DNA of 64,000 nucleotides from an uncultured Planctomycetota bacterium (GTDB lineage Bacteria; Planctomycetota; Planctomycetia; Isosphaerales; Isosphaeraceae), in contig CAWJTV010000032.1 in NCBI GenBank assembly GCA_963845755.1, forward strand, positions 1 through 64,000, read 5' to 3'. The notes under the pieces are model-generated. The model was given only the letters and a program-made list of their open reading frames with translations. It had not been told where the DNA came from and did no database searches. The number at the start of each line of letters is the position of its first letter. Positions within the stretch are counted from its first letter, which is position 1. Below are positions 54,401 to 64,000 of the stretch, one piece after another. Position numbers and translations under genes: made by a program.

Positions 54401-56031
54401 TCGGCCTCGGCACGCGCGACGTAGACGAGCGGCGGTTCCTGGCTCTCGGAGATCGTCGTGTTGCGAATCTCGATCGTCGACAAGATGAAGCGGCCGTCGG
54501 AGGCGCGCCCCAACCCTTTTTCCGGGGTGCTGTCATCGGGCAAGACCTCGAGCCGCAGGGCCGTGATGCGCTTCTTCCCGGGGAGCAGCATGATGTCGTA
54601 GGTGTCCTTGACCGGCGCCGGGCCGGTCGACAGGATCGAGCCGTCGTCGAGGGGCTTCAACTGCGACCCGCCTCGCGAGAGCATCCCCGAGAGCGGCGCC
54701 GTCGTCCACTCGATCGGTTTGCCGAGCCTGGCGAGCGTCTTGCGCTCCCATTCCTTCTGGGCCGCGTCCGTCGGAGAGTCATCGTGCTCGAGTCGCTGCT
54801 TCAGCGCGTCGATGCGCGCCTTCAGATCGGCGAGCCTCGGCTCTTGATCGGGGTTCGGGACGGGAATCGACGGCCGCGGGTTCAGGTACTCGGAGTCGCG
54901 CTCCTTGATGTTGTTGAAGAACGCATAGAAGGAGTAGTAATCCCGCTGGCTGATCGGGTCGTACTTGTGGTCGTGGCACTGGGCGCACGCGAGCGTGACT
55001 CCCATGAAGACCGTGGCCGTCGTGTTCACGCGGTCCACCACGTAGGCGGAGCGGTATTCATCCTCTTCCTCGCCCGCCTCGCTGTTGGTGGGGTGATTGC
55101 GGTTGAAACCGGTAGCGACCTTCTGCGCGAGCGTCGCGTGGGGAAGGAGATCGCCCGCGAGCTGCTCGATCGTGAACCGATCGAACGGCATGTTCGCGTT
55201 GAAGGCGTTGATGACCCACTCGCGCCATTTCCAGATTTCGCGGGGCATGTCGATCTGGTAGCCGCTCGTGTCCGCGTACCGGGCGAGGTCGAGCCACTCT
55301 TGCGCCTGGCGCTCACCATAGCGTTTCGACTTCAAGAGACGATCCACCTGCGTCTCGAACGCGTCGGGACGCTTGTCGGTCAGGAACGCGTCGATCTCCG
55401 CGGGTGTCGGCGGAAGCCCGGTGAGGTCGAAGCTCGCGCGGCGAAGCCACGCTTCGCGGGTCGCTTCCGCTTCCGGCTTCAGATGTTCGCGATCCAGCCG
55501 CGCCAGCACGAAGGCGTCGAGCGGATCGCGCACCCACGCCTTGTCGGAGACCTTGGGGAGCGCCGGCTTCTTCGGCGGGAGGAATGACCAGTGATCTTCC
55601 CAAGGGGCGCCCTGCTCGATCCACGTCTTCAAGGTCGCGATCTGCTTCTTCGTGAGCGGCTCCGTCGTTCCTTCGGGCGGCATCCGCTCGTCGTCGTCAT
55701 CGGCGGTAATCCTCTCCCAGGCGAGCGAGCCTTGCAGGTCTCCCGGAGCGATCGCGTGCCTGCCCGCGCGCCCGGCGAAGGCCATGTCCTTCAGATCGAG
55801 GCGAAGCTTTCCCTTGCGCGTCGCCTCGTCGGGCCCGTGGCACTGGAAGCAATGCTGCGCCAGGATCGGGCGGACCTCTTTCAGGAAGCCGACCGTGCGA
55901 TGCTCGGCGCCTGCGGCCTTGTCATTGGCGAAAGCGTCGCCCAATCGCCCCGAGCCGGGAGCCAAGGCCAGGACTGTGAGCATCAACGCGCCCGCGACCA
56001 GGGGCCACCGACGCCGGAAGAAGATCCACAT
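51483..56031 (-). CDS. Planctomycete cytochrome c (PSCyt1) + DUF1549 + DUF1553 protein (frameshifts ~53140-53290)
   Basis: CFQCHGPD, WLDLARYADT, CAQCHDHKYDP, NRLGLAQWL, ARVLVNRIW, QALTLLN. Confidence 0.9.
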
Positions 56032-56312
56032 TGTGAAACCTCAATGGGCCAATCCTGCTTGGCTGTGCCGAGCGACCTCGGACGAATCCGCGTTCGCTTC
56101 GCCCGCAGTCCCCGGTATGGACTTGCCGTGGCGCGATCGTTCGAGGGAGCCGAGGACCGCGGTCGATCATCGGCGTACCCGGTTCCGACGTCGCGAACCG
56201 TCTGTCGCGGGGGGGGCGTGACGACGGCCTACAGGGTGCACGTTTCCTCTTTTAGAGCTGCCAAGACAACTCGACCTCTCACGTCTCTCGACTTCGTTCC
56301 CTCAAAGATTTC

Positions 56313-56409
56313 AACCACGAAATGCACGAAATCCACGAAAACTAGAGGGGCGAGACGAATTGGAAAACCAAATTCTGATCCTCTTTCCTCTTTCGTGTAT
56401 TTCGTGGTT
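56313..56409. repeat. CACGAAA palindromic repeat element
   Basis: AACCACGAAATGCACGAAATCCACGAAA...TTTCGTGTATTTCGTGGTT inverted arms. Confidence 0.75.
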
Positions 56410-56712
56410 AATCTAGGGACGCTCATGGGCGATCCGAGCGACGGTATGGCTCGGAATATTCCGGCGTACTCGTACACGCGCCGAACCGGGGGAAAACCAG
56501 GTCTTCCCGCGATAGCCGACAATTGTAAAATATCGATCGCGCGATTGGCAAGTGTGCTGGAACGCGCGCCTTACCGTGTCTCGACCCGTGAACGCCGACT
56601 TTCCGGTCGATCGTCTCTCGAAGTCGGCGCTGAATTCCTCGACCTCTGCCGCTTTGCGGGGCAGGAGTCGGTGCCTCCAGCTCCGTTGTCCATCCCGGGT
56701 TTTTCGGAATGG

Positions 56713-57321
56713 CTAGGAATCCTGTTCCGGCCCGGAGGAATCGCGGCCCGCGATCTCGACGCGGAGCCAGGCCCGGGAATACGCCCAGTAGCGGTCGGCC
56801 GTGGAGGTCGACAGGCCGAGGACTTCGGCGGCCTCGGCGAGGGTCAAGCCGGCGAAGACGCGGAGTTGTACCAGTTCCGCCTTGACCCGGTCCTTCTCGG
56901 CCAGCCGCCCAAGGGCCTCGTCGAGGGCCAGCAGGTCGTCGTCGGTCTCGGGCGTGGCCGGCTCGGCGTCGTCGAGGTTCACCCGGGTATGGTTGCCCCC
57001 GCGCTTGAGCCGGCCGCGACGGCGGGCGTTCTCGACCAGGATCCGTCGCATGGCCTCGGCCGCCGCGGCGAAGAAGTGACCGCGACCGTCCCAGGGCCGA
57101 TCCGGATTGCCGCCGACCAGTCGCAGGTACGCCTCATGGACGAGGGCCGTGGCCTGGAGGGTCTGCCCGGGGGCCTCCCGCGCCAGCCGTTGCGCGGCCA
57201 GCCGCCGCAGCTCGTCGTAGACCAGCGGCAGCAGCTCCCGAGCCGGTCGCGGATCGCCTGACAGGCGATCTTCCGCAATGCGAGCATCCTCACCATGATC
57301 GTCTTCAATGGCTGCCGTCAT
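56713..57321 (-). CDS. ECF sigma factor, TIGR02999 (Rhodopirellula/Verrucomicrobium) type
   Basis: LLPLVYDELRRLAA, TLQATALVHEAYLRL, FFAAAAEAMRRILVE, RYWAYSRAWL. Confidence 0.92.
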   Translation of the reverse strand: MTAAIEDDHGEDARIAEDRLSGDPRPARELLPLVYDELRRLAAQRLAREAPGQTLQATALVHEAYLRLVGGNPDRPWDGRGHFFAAAAEAMRRILVENARRRGRLKRGGNHTRVNLDDAEPATPETDDDLLALDEALGRLAEKDRVKAELVQLRVFAGLTLAEAAEVLGLSTSTADRYWAYSRAWLRVEIAGRDSSGPEQDS

Positions 57322-57404
57322 GGGCGATCCCCATGGTTGTAGTCGGAACCCGGCCGATCCGGCGTCACGACCGTTCGGCCGCACCGCAGCACACGCAATT
57401 CGGC

Positions 57405-58529
57405 TCAGCCCGCCACTTTACGCATCACCCCTTCGAGCGGGCCGTGCCGAAATCGGCGCTTCCACAGCCATGATAAGAATACGGCCGCCGCGAAGAAAGT
57501 GATCCCGCAGGCTTGGGCCACGGGCAGTGGTTGGCTGGTCAACAATCCCGCAGCGTTGACCGATCCCAGGCCGAAGATGATGTGAAAGAAGTACCATGTG
57601 AGCGCCATCTGACCCATGGCGACCAGCGGACCGAGCCACGGGGCGGATGGCCATGCGTCGGCCACGCGGACGCACAGCGCGATGATGGCGACCGCCGACC
57701 CGCCGCTCGACAGCAAGAACAGCGGCAGTGGCGGCATGGACTCGGTGCCGAACAGCGCCTTGATCGTCTCATCATCCATTCCGTAAGGATGTGCGCGGAA
57801 GTAACCGACGCACCACCAGGAGATCAACTCGGCCAGGACGGCCGTGCCCACCGCGATCAGGACGAACCGCGTGTTCGTCGCGCGGTCCCGCAGGTCGCGC
57901 CGGCCCAGCCACACTCCGAAGATCAGCAAGCCGGTCCAGGGGAAGACGCTCCGGAACCCGTCGTAGAAGAGGTTGCGGACCACGCCTTGGGCAGTCCACA
58001 GGCGATGGTATGTCATGGTGGACCAATCCCAGTTCTTCTCGTAATCCACTACCAGCAGCAGGAGCATGAAACCGACGACGAATCCCAGCGCGACGGCCAG
58101 CAGCTTCCGGTCCGTCGCCGCGATCAACCCGGAGGCCACGATCAGCGACACGCCATAGATTCGCAGGATATCTCCCTGCCAGATCAGCAGGTTCAGGTAG
58201 CCGATGGCGAAGAGAAAGTACCCGCGACGAATGAGGTTCTCCCTCGCCGGGCTGATCGCGCGGGGATCGCGCGCGCCCACCGCCCGGCGCGACATCAGGG
58301 TCACGCCGATTCCCGCGAGGATGACGAACGTCGCGGCCGGCCGGCCGTCGAGCCGGCGCATGATCCCCGCCGCCCAGGCTGGATGCTTCGGATCGGTCAA
58401 CATCACCAGGCCGAAATGGACGACGATCATGCCCAGCATCGCGAACGACCGGGCCAGATCATAGCCCAGGATCCGCTCATCCGCCTTTCTTGCCGGCTTG
58501 CGTCCTCGTTCGACGGCGACAGACGTCAT
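57405..58529 (-). CDS. DUF418 family membrane protein
   Basis: RILGYDLARSFA, GDILRIYG, GQMALTWY, RHGPLE. Confidence 0.85.
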   Translation of the reverse strand: MTSVAVERGRKPARKADERILGYDLARSFAMLGMIVVHFGLVMLTDPKHPAWAAGIMRRLDGRPAATFVILAGIGVTLMSRRAVGARDPRAISPARENLIRRGYFLFAIGYLNLLIWQGDILRIYGVSLIVASGLIAATDRKLLAVALGFVVGFMLLLLVVDYEKNWDWSTMTYHRLWTAQGVVRNLFYDGFRSVFPWTGLLIFGVWLGRRDLRDRATNTRFVLIAVGTAVLAELISWWCVGYFRAHPYGMDDETIKALFGTESMPPLPLFLLSSGGSAVAIIALCVRVADAWPSAPWLGPLVAMGQMALTWYFFHIIFGLGSVNAAGLLTSQPLPVAQACGITFFAAAVFLSWLWKRRFRHGPLEGVMRKVAG

Positions 58530-58750
58530 GAAAGTCACCCGCCTCTTGATGATAGGGAATACGATATACCCGAGGGATTGCTCGCCGATAAGTTACCGGA
58601 TTCTGCATTTAAACGGCAGGAGGGACCAGCGCGGCAGTCTGGATCCTCCCAAGGGCCGCCCCCGATGCCTGACTTGAGCTTCACCCTCGCGGTCCTTACA
58701 ATCCATGGTGAAAGCCCAAGTTACCTCCACTCATCGGAAGAATCGACGCA

Positions 58751-59308
58751 ATGGGAACACCCATGGCCTTCCGCTTCAGGTCGCTCAAAACCACTCAAGC
58801 CGCGGCGATGCTTCTCGCCTTGGACGGCAACTCGATGGATCGTATGCGACTGCTCAAGCTCATGTATATCGCCGATCGGGAGTTGCTCGCCGAATCGGGC
58901 CGCACGCTCACGGGCGATCGGGCCGTGGCCATGAGGAACGGCCCCGTTCTGAGCCGCATTTACGACCTCATCAAAGGAATCGAGGTCTCACCGGAAGACT
59001 GGGGGCGATACCTTCGATCGGAAGGGTACAAGGTCGTGCTCCTGGGAGATCCCGGCCGTGGAGAGCTGACGAAGAGGGAGATCGAAAAACTGCACGACGT
59101 GACCGAACGGTATCGCTCGGTCACGACGCCGGCTCTCTCGGCTCATACTCACAGGTTTCCCGAATGGACCAAGAATTATCAGGCCGGCACATCGTCGCCG
59201 ATTCCCTGGCGGGATGCCTTGGCAGCGACCGGTCACGCGGACAAAGCAGAAACCATCGAGAAGCGGCTCGAGGAACAAAACCTGATCGATTTGATCTTCG
59301 GAGCTTGA
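58751..59308 (+). CDS. Panacea (DUF4065/SocA/GepA-like) antitoxin
   Basis: RLLKLMYIADR...LTGDRAVAMRNGPV...LSAHTHRFPEW. Confidence 0.85.
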   Translation: MGTPMAFRFRSLKTTQAAAMLLALDGNSMDRMRLLKLMYIADRELLAESGRTLTGDRAVAMRNGPVLSRIYDLIKGIEVSPEDWGRYLRSEGYKVVLLGDPGRGELTKREIEKLHDVTERYRSVTTPALSAHTHRFPEWTKNYQAGTSSPIPWRDALAATGHADKAETIEKRLEEQNLIDLIFGA

Positions 59309-59312
59309 ATCC

Positions 59313-59687
59313 ATGAAGGCGGGGGACACCTTCCGGTTGCAAGGCGTAGCCGACCGCCACACGTGGGTGATCATTTCCGACCCGGAGATTGATGATCGGT
59401 GCGTGCTCCTCGTCAGTTTCACCGGCTATTATCCGAGCATGGACCCCGCTTGCATCGTCGAGATTGAGGAGTTCTCGATCCTCGACAAAAGGACCTCGCA
59501 TCTATTATGAGGACATCAAAGAAGCGTCCGTGGCGGCCCTCGACGCACTCCAAATGCCGGGAAGATCCAAAAGCGAACGCCAGTGTCCCCGGAGTTGCTG
59601 TCAAGAATCCGCGATGGAGTTTCCCTGACTCGTGACATTCAGGCCAAGCACATCGATTTTCTGATCAATCAGGGCGTGATTGAATGA
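59313..59687 (+). CDS. Putative toxin, PemK/MazF-like fold (two frameshifts)
   Basis: MKAGDTF...HTWVIISDP...VLLVSFT...DPACIV; continues in other frames as IYYEDIKE and VSPELLSRIRDG; starts 4 nt after the antitoxin. Confidence 0.55.
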
Positions 59688-59779
59688 GGTTCGGCGGGGG
59701 TCTCTTGCACGGGGTTTTATCGTGTGGCCGATGCGTTCGGAAGAATTGCGTCGTCGCAGCCCCCTCGGCAAATCGCGAT

Positions 59780-59984
59780 GCGATTCGGATCGGACTCAAG
59801 CCCCGTCCGACCTGGCCGTTGCTCGGGCTTCGAAACCTGCGAGATTCTTCCTTGAGCTGATTCACGGGCTTCTTGAGCGAGCCGAGTCAATTCCCGCGTC
59901 CGCGGATTCGCGACCGGCTCAGCGTCACCCACATCTGAAGCTTTCTACGCGTGTTCTCGAGTTGTCGCAAACTTGAATGCTCAT
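59780..59984 (-). pseudogene. Degraded small partner gene of the DUF6932-like gene
   Basis: ATGA overlap with the upstream stop; fragments RQLENTRRKLQ, RELTR and NQLKEE in different frames. The 3' boundary is approximate. Confidence 0.4.
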
Positions 59985-60381
59985 AGGAGGACCTCAATGA
60001 GACCCTTACGTGTGCCGTAACGATCGGTAGCGAAAAAGTGGTCCACAAGCATCGTGAAGTCGGTGGGTTCCACCAGTTGCAGATCGAGAAAGGGGAGTCC
60101 GTCGGTGATTTCACTGAGTGCGACGTCGTTGTGCGGACATTCCGGCAGCAATCAAAAGAACACAATCGATGTCGTTTGGCTCGAAGACTTCCGTGACGAA
60201 GCTACCGTCGATGACCAACCGTTGGACGCCCGCGTGCTCGCCAGGTCCAGCCAACCACCGGAGCGACTCCATTTGCACCTGCGCAGCTCCGACTCGACGC
60301 CCACCGCGATTCGATCTCATCCAGCGTGGCCGGGTGAATGCCCGGTGGTAAGTATCCATGGTCCTCAAACGGTGGGATCAT
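59981..60381 (-). pseudogene. DUF6932-like nucleotidyltransferase-fold gene, multiply frameshifted
   Basis: MIPPFEDHGYLPPGIHPATLDEI / VIDGSFVTEVFEPNDIDCVL / DRYGTRKGLIEVLL across three frames. Confidence 0.65.
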
Positions 60382-60493
60382 GTCGATTCGTCGTGTGATG
60401 GTTTGGTATCAATCCTGCTCTGGACAGTTTAACAGGCCCTAGCCTCGCCCGCCATTCGATTCGAATCGAAGGTGTTGCAATCCTTCGACCAAT

Positions 60494-60511
60494 CGACTAG
60501 ACTTCTCGTCG
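60494..60511. promoter_or_regulatory. Possible BlaI-family operator
   Basis: Imperfect palindrome CGACTAGA-CT-TCTCGTCG, ~40 nt upstream of the blaI-like start. Confidence 0.3.
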
Positions 60512-60548
60512 TTCGAGTCAAACCTTCATCCGAAGCGGCTGGTGGAGT

Positions 60549-60965
60549 ATGGAAAAGAGGGACGAGTCGGCCGAGTCGTTGACGCCGGCCGAATGGAAGG
60601 TGATGAAGATCGTCTGGCGGCGGAAGGCGTGCGCGGCGCGGGATGTCTACGAGGAGGCCGGGCGGTCGCTCGGCTGGGCCCCGACGACGGCGAAATCGGT
60701 GCTCCGCCGCCTGGTCGAGAAGGGACATCTGACGACGACGCAGGTGGGCAACAGCTTCCTGTATCAGCCCGCGGCCTCGGCCGTGAAGTCGCTGCTCGCG
60801 GCGGCCGATGCGCTGCTGGACAACGTGCTGGAGGGCACCACGGGGCTGGTCCTGTCCCATCTGGTCGAGAAGAGCCGGCTCTCGGACGACGAGCTGGCGA
60901 AGCTCCGCGCCCTGCTGGAGGCCCGGACCTCGGAGGCGAAGAAGAAAGGGAGGACCTCGCGATGA
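60549..60965 (+). CDS. BlaI/MecI/CopY family repressor
   Basis: LTPAEWKVMKIVW...WAPTTAKSVLRRLVEKG...LSDDELAKLRALL. Confidence 0.92.
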   Translation: MEKRDESAESLTPAEWKVMKIVWRRKACAARDVYEEAGRSLGWAPTTAKSVLRRLVEKGHLTTTQVGNSFLYQPAASAVKSLLAAADALLDNVLEGTTGLVLSHLVEKSRLSDDELAKLRALLEARTSEAKKKGRTSR

Positions 60966-63900
60966 AGGGAGCCGCGATCGAGGCGCTCAACACCTGGGGC
61001 CCGGCCTGGGCCGGCGCGATGCAACGCAGTCTCGTGGAGGCCACGATCGTGCTGGCGATCGTCGGGGTTGTCTGGTGGCTGTTGCGCCGGCGGATGTCGA
61101 GCGCGCTGGCGCACGGGCTGTTCCTGCTGGTGCTGATCAAGGCCGCGGTGCCGCTCGTCTTGCCGGTGACGCCGACCGTGGTGCTCCCCTTGCCGGCTCC
61201 GCGGGTCATCGCGGTCAGACCTGACCGAACCGACGCCACGACCCGGCGTCGCCCGCGACCCGGCGCCCCGGTCCGACCCCGTGCCGTCCTCGTCCCCGGT
61301 CCCGGCGCATCCGGCGCGGTCAATCGCGGTCCAATCGCCGGCGCCCCGCCGGCCCCCGCACCCAATCCGGCCGACCCTGCGCGACTTTCCGTCTCGGCGT
61401 GGCTGATGCTGGCCTGGGTAGCGATCGTCGCGGTCCTGCTGACGCGATTCCTCGGGATCCACATCCGGATGGCCCGACGACTCCGCGACGCCCGGCTCGT
61501 CGATCCGGTCGACCCGGCGCAACTGGCCGGTCTCGTCGGTCTGAGGCGTCCGGTCCCGATCGTGGAGACGCGCCTGGGTCTCCGCGCCGGCGGTCTGGGG
61601 ATTGTGGCAACACCGCCTGCTGGTCCCCCCGGGCATGATCGAGACACTCCCAGGCGAACAGCTCACCTGGGCACTCCTGCACGAGCTGGTGCACGTCCGC
61701 CGCGGGGATACGTGGGTCCTGCTGGTCCAGCGGCTTACGCAGATCGTCTTCTTCTTCCACCCGGCCGTCTGGGTGGCCAACCGCGCGGCCGAGATCTTCC
61801 GCGAGTTCGCCTGCGACGATGCCTCGCTCGCCTTGACGGGCATCGCGCGGGCAGGATTGCGGCGCGGGGTTCCTCGCCATCGCCGAACGGGCCAGCCGCA
61901 CCCGGTCGAGCCCCGCCCTGGCGCCCCTGGGCCTGTTCGGCTCATACACCCTGATCCGCAAGCGGCTCGAACGCATCCTCGACGACCATCGGACGATCTC
62001 CCCGCGCCTCTCGTGGACCGCAACCGTGCTGCTGATCCTGGCGGCCGTGGCCGTGATTCCTCGAGTCCGCGCTCAGGTTCCGAAACCGGCGGTCGACCCG
62101 GGAGGGCGAGGCTCTGTCCGAGCCCCCGAACCCAGGACCCGCCCGCTCGCCTTGACGGTCGTCGATCAGAGCACGGGTCGTCCACTTCCTGGTGTCCAGC
62201 TCGAGATCACGCTCAACGGCCGCCGTGAGCAAGGGGACGACCGACACGACCGGTCGGTACGTCATCGACCGGCCCGAGGCCGAACCGCGTTCGGTGCTGA
62301 TCACGGTCCGCACGAAGGGCTTCGTACCCACCCAGGTCACCTGGAACTATCGTCGCGGCATCCCGATCACGCCGCCTGCGACCTACACCCTGCGCCTGGA
62401 GCCGGGCACCACGATCGGCGGCCTGGTGCGCGACCCGGAGGGCCGGCCGATCGCCGGCGCGACGGTCTATGTGCTCATGCCCACTCAACCCTCACAACGA
62501 CCGGAGCCGGAACCGCGTCCCGACATCTGGGATTATCCGAATCGGACAGATGCCCAGGGCCGCTGGCATTGCGACATCGTCCCCGCCGTGCTGGCGGACG
62601 TCTGGATTCGCCTGGAGCACCCCGATTACGCCAGCGACACCGGCTACGGCAGCACGCCCAAGCCGACCATGGACCAGCTCCGCCACGGCACCGGGGTGAT
62701 GGTGATGAAGAAGGGGGTAGCCGTCTCGGGCGTCGTCCGCGACTCGGATGGGCGATCGCTGCCCGGCGCCAGCGTGGCTCAGGGCTCGGATCGCTGGGGA
62801 AGCCGTTACCCCGACACCACGACTGATGCCGACGGCCGATTCCGATTCGCCCAGGTCGCACCCGGCGACCTCGTGCTGACGGTCCAGGCCAAGGGCCATG
62901 CGCCCGATCTGAAGACGATCCAGGTTGTCCCGGATCTGCCCGCCATCGAATTCCGCCTCGGGCCGCCGCGATCATTGCGCGGACGAGTCCTCGACGGAGA
63001 CGGTCAGCCGCTGGCCGAAACGCTCGTCGTGGCCGATACCTGGCGTGGGCATCGGTCGCTATCGCTTCGCACGCAAACCGGCGCCGACGGCCGCTTCCAG
63101 GTCGACGACCTGCCCGACGAGCCCGTGGAATTCCAGTTCGCCAAGGCGGGCTTCATGAACCTGCCCAATCAGCGGTTGGCTCCTTCGGACAAGGAGGTTC
63201 TCATCACGTTGACGCTCCCTTTGCAAATCTCGGGCTCGGTCACCGACGCTTCGAGCGGCCAGGCGATCGACCGGTTCACCGTCTACGAGGGCCACGACCC
63301 GGCTTCCCCGTTGACGGCCCAGGATCGCAGCGCCCGCGCCATTTCCGGAATGGGCAGTACGCCGTGAACTTCACCTGGCCCTATCCGCAGGTCCGCACGC
63401 TGCACATCGAGGCCGCGGGTTACCTGCCGGCCGCGTCGCGCGGGTTCCGGTTCAACGAGAAGACCCAGGTCTATGACTTCAAACTGAAGCGGGGGACCGT
63501 TCCGACGCGCAAGGCGATCTCCGGCGTGGTCCGGCTGCCCGACGGCTCGCCCGCCGCGGGCGCGGAGGTTGCCCTGGCGATGAAAACGGCCGCCCCTTAC
63601 ATCCAGGGTGGACGGTTCGCCGATCCCAAGAGATACCCGACGGTGATCGCTGGAGCCGATGGCACGTTCCGTTTCCCGCCGCAGACGGAGCCGGCCTTCG
63701 TGCTGGCGATCGACGATCGGGGCATCGCCGAAGCAACCGAGGCGCAACTCGCCGAATCGCCCGCACACGCGATGACGCTGGTCCCTTGGGGCCGTGTTGA
63801 AGGGACCCTCCAAATCGGCGCGAAACTCGGGGGCATCGAGCGCGTTGCCTTATCGCCCAGCCACAAGGATGCTGTGGAAGACATCACGGTCTTTTTTGAT

Positions 63901-64000
63901 TATCAGGCCGAGACCGACACCCGGGGCCGATTCGTTTTCGAGCGGGTCGTCCCGGGCCCGGTGTTTGTCAATCGCATGATTGAACTAACACCACGGAGGT
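60962..64000 (+). CDS. BlaR1-type M56 peptidase with carboxypeptidase-regulatory-like repeats (several frameshifts; runs off the window)
   Basis: ATGA overlap with blaI; TM segments; HELVHVRRGD, FFFHPAVW, REFACDD; repeated G.V.D..G.P..GA.V / TD.DGRF units. Confidence 0.85.

Noticed and set aside
55591..57261. 556-aa plus-strand ORF and similar long overlapping ORFs (e.g. 39861..41768, 57513..58934)
   Set aside because: No recognisable motifs; they overlap well-supported opposite-strand genes, as expected in high-GC DNA.

Overview
This is a GC-rich bacterial window whose gene content strongly suggests Planctomycetota, probably Isosphaeraceae-like (inferred from gene families: DUF1501 with DUF1549/DUF1553, DUF1592 with DUF1552, CRTAC1/ASPIC-UnbV, ECF sigma factors with long extensions, and 'LExRxLLS' extracellular-domain proteins). 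Many otherwise intact genes carry single-base frameshifts, most simply explained as uncorrected long-read indels, so joined gene models are given. I saw no rRNA, tRNA or CRISPR array. The most notable element is a ~6.3 kb island without an integrase, bounded by a 126-bp duplication of an amidohydrolase 3' end (27907-28032 and 34344-34469). It carries a tightly coupled three-gene operon (P-loop ATPase, degenerate partner, HxH/DUF2290-like protein), a Ser/Thr kinase-BRCT fusion and a DUF262+HNH gene, and is a candidate uncharacterised defence locus. Other highlights: a nested mobile-element stack at 8.9-12.8 kb (an IS inside an ISKra4 inside a MITE-like element, with resolvable terminal repeats and target duplications); an ECF sigma-TM-M16 peptidase fusion; a WspF/WspR-like pair whose output is a PP2C phosphatase instead of GGDEF; several toxin-antitoxin loci; a histone-H1-like protein; and several palindromic repeat families. 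All family assignments come from motif recognition by eye, not database searches.
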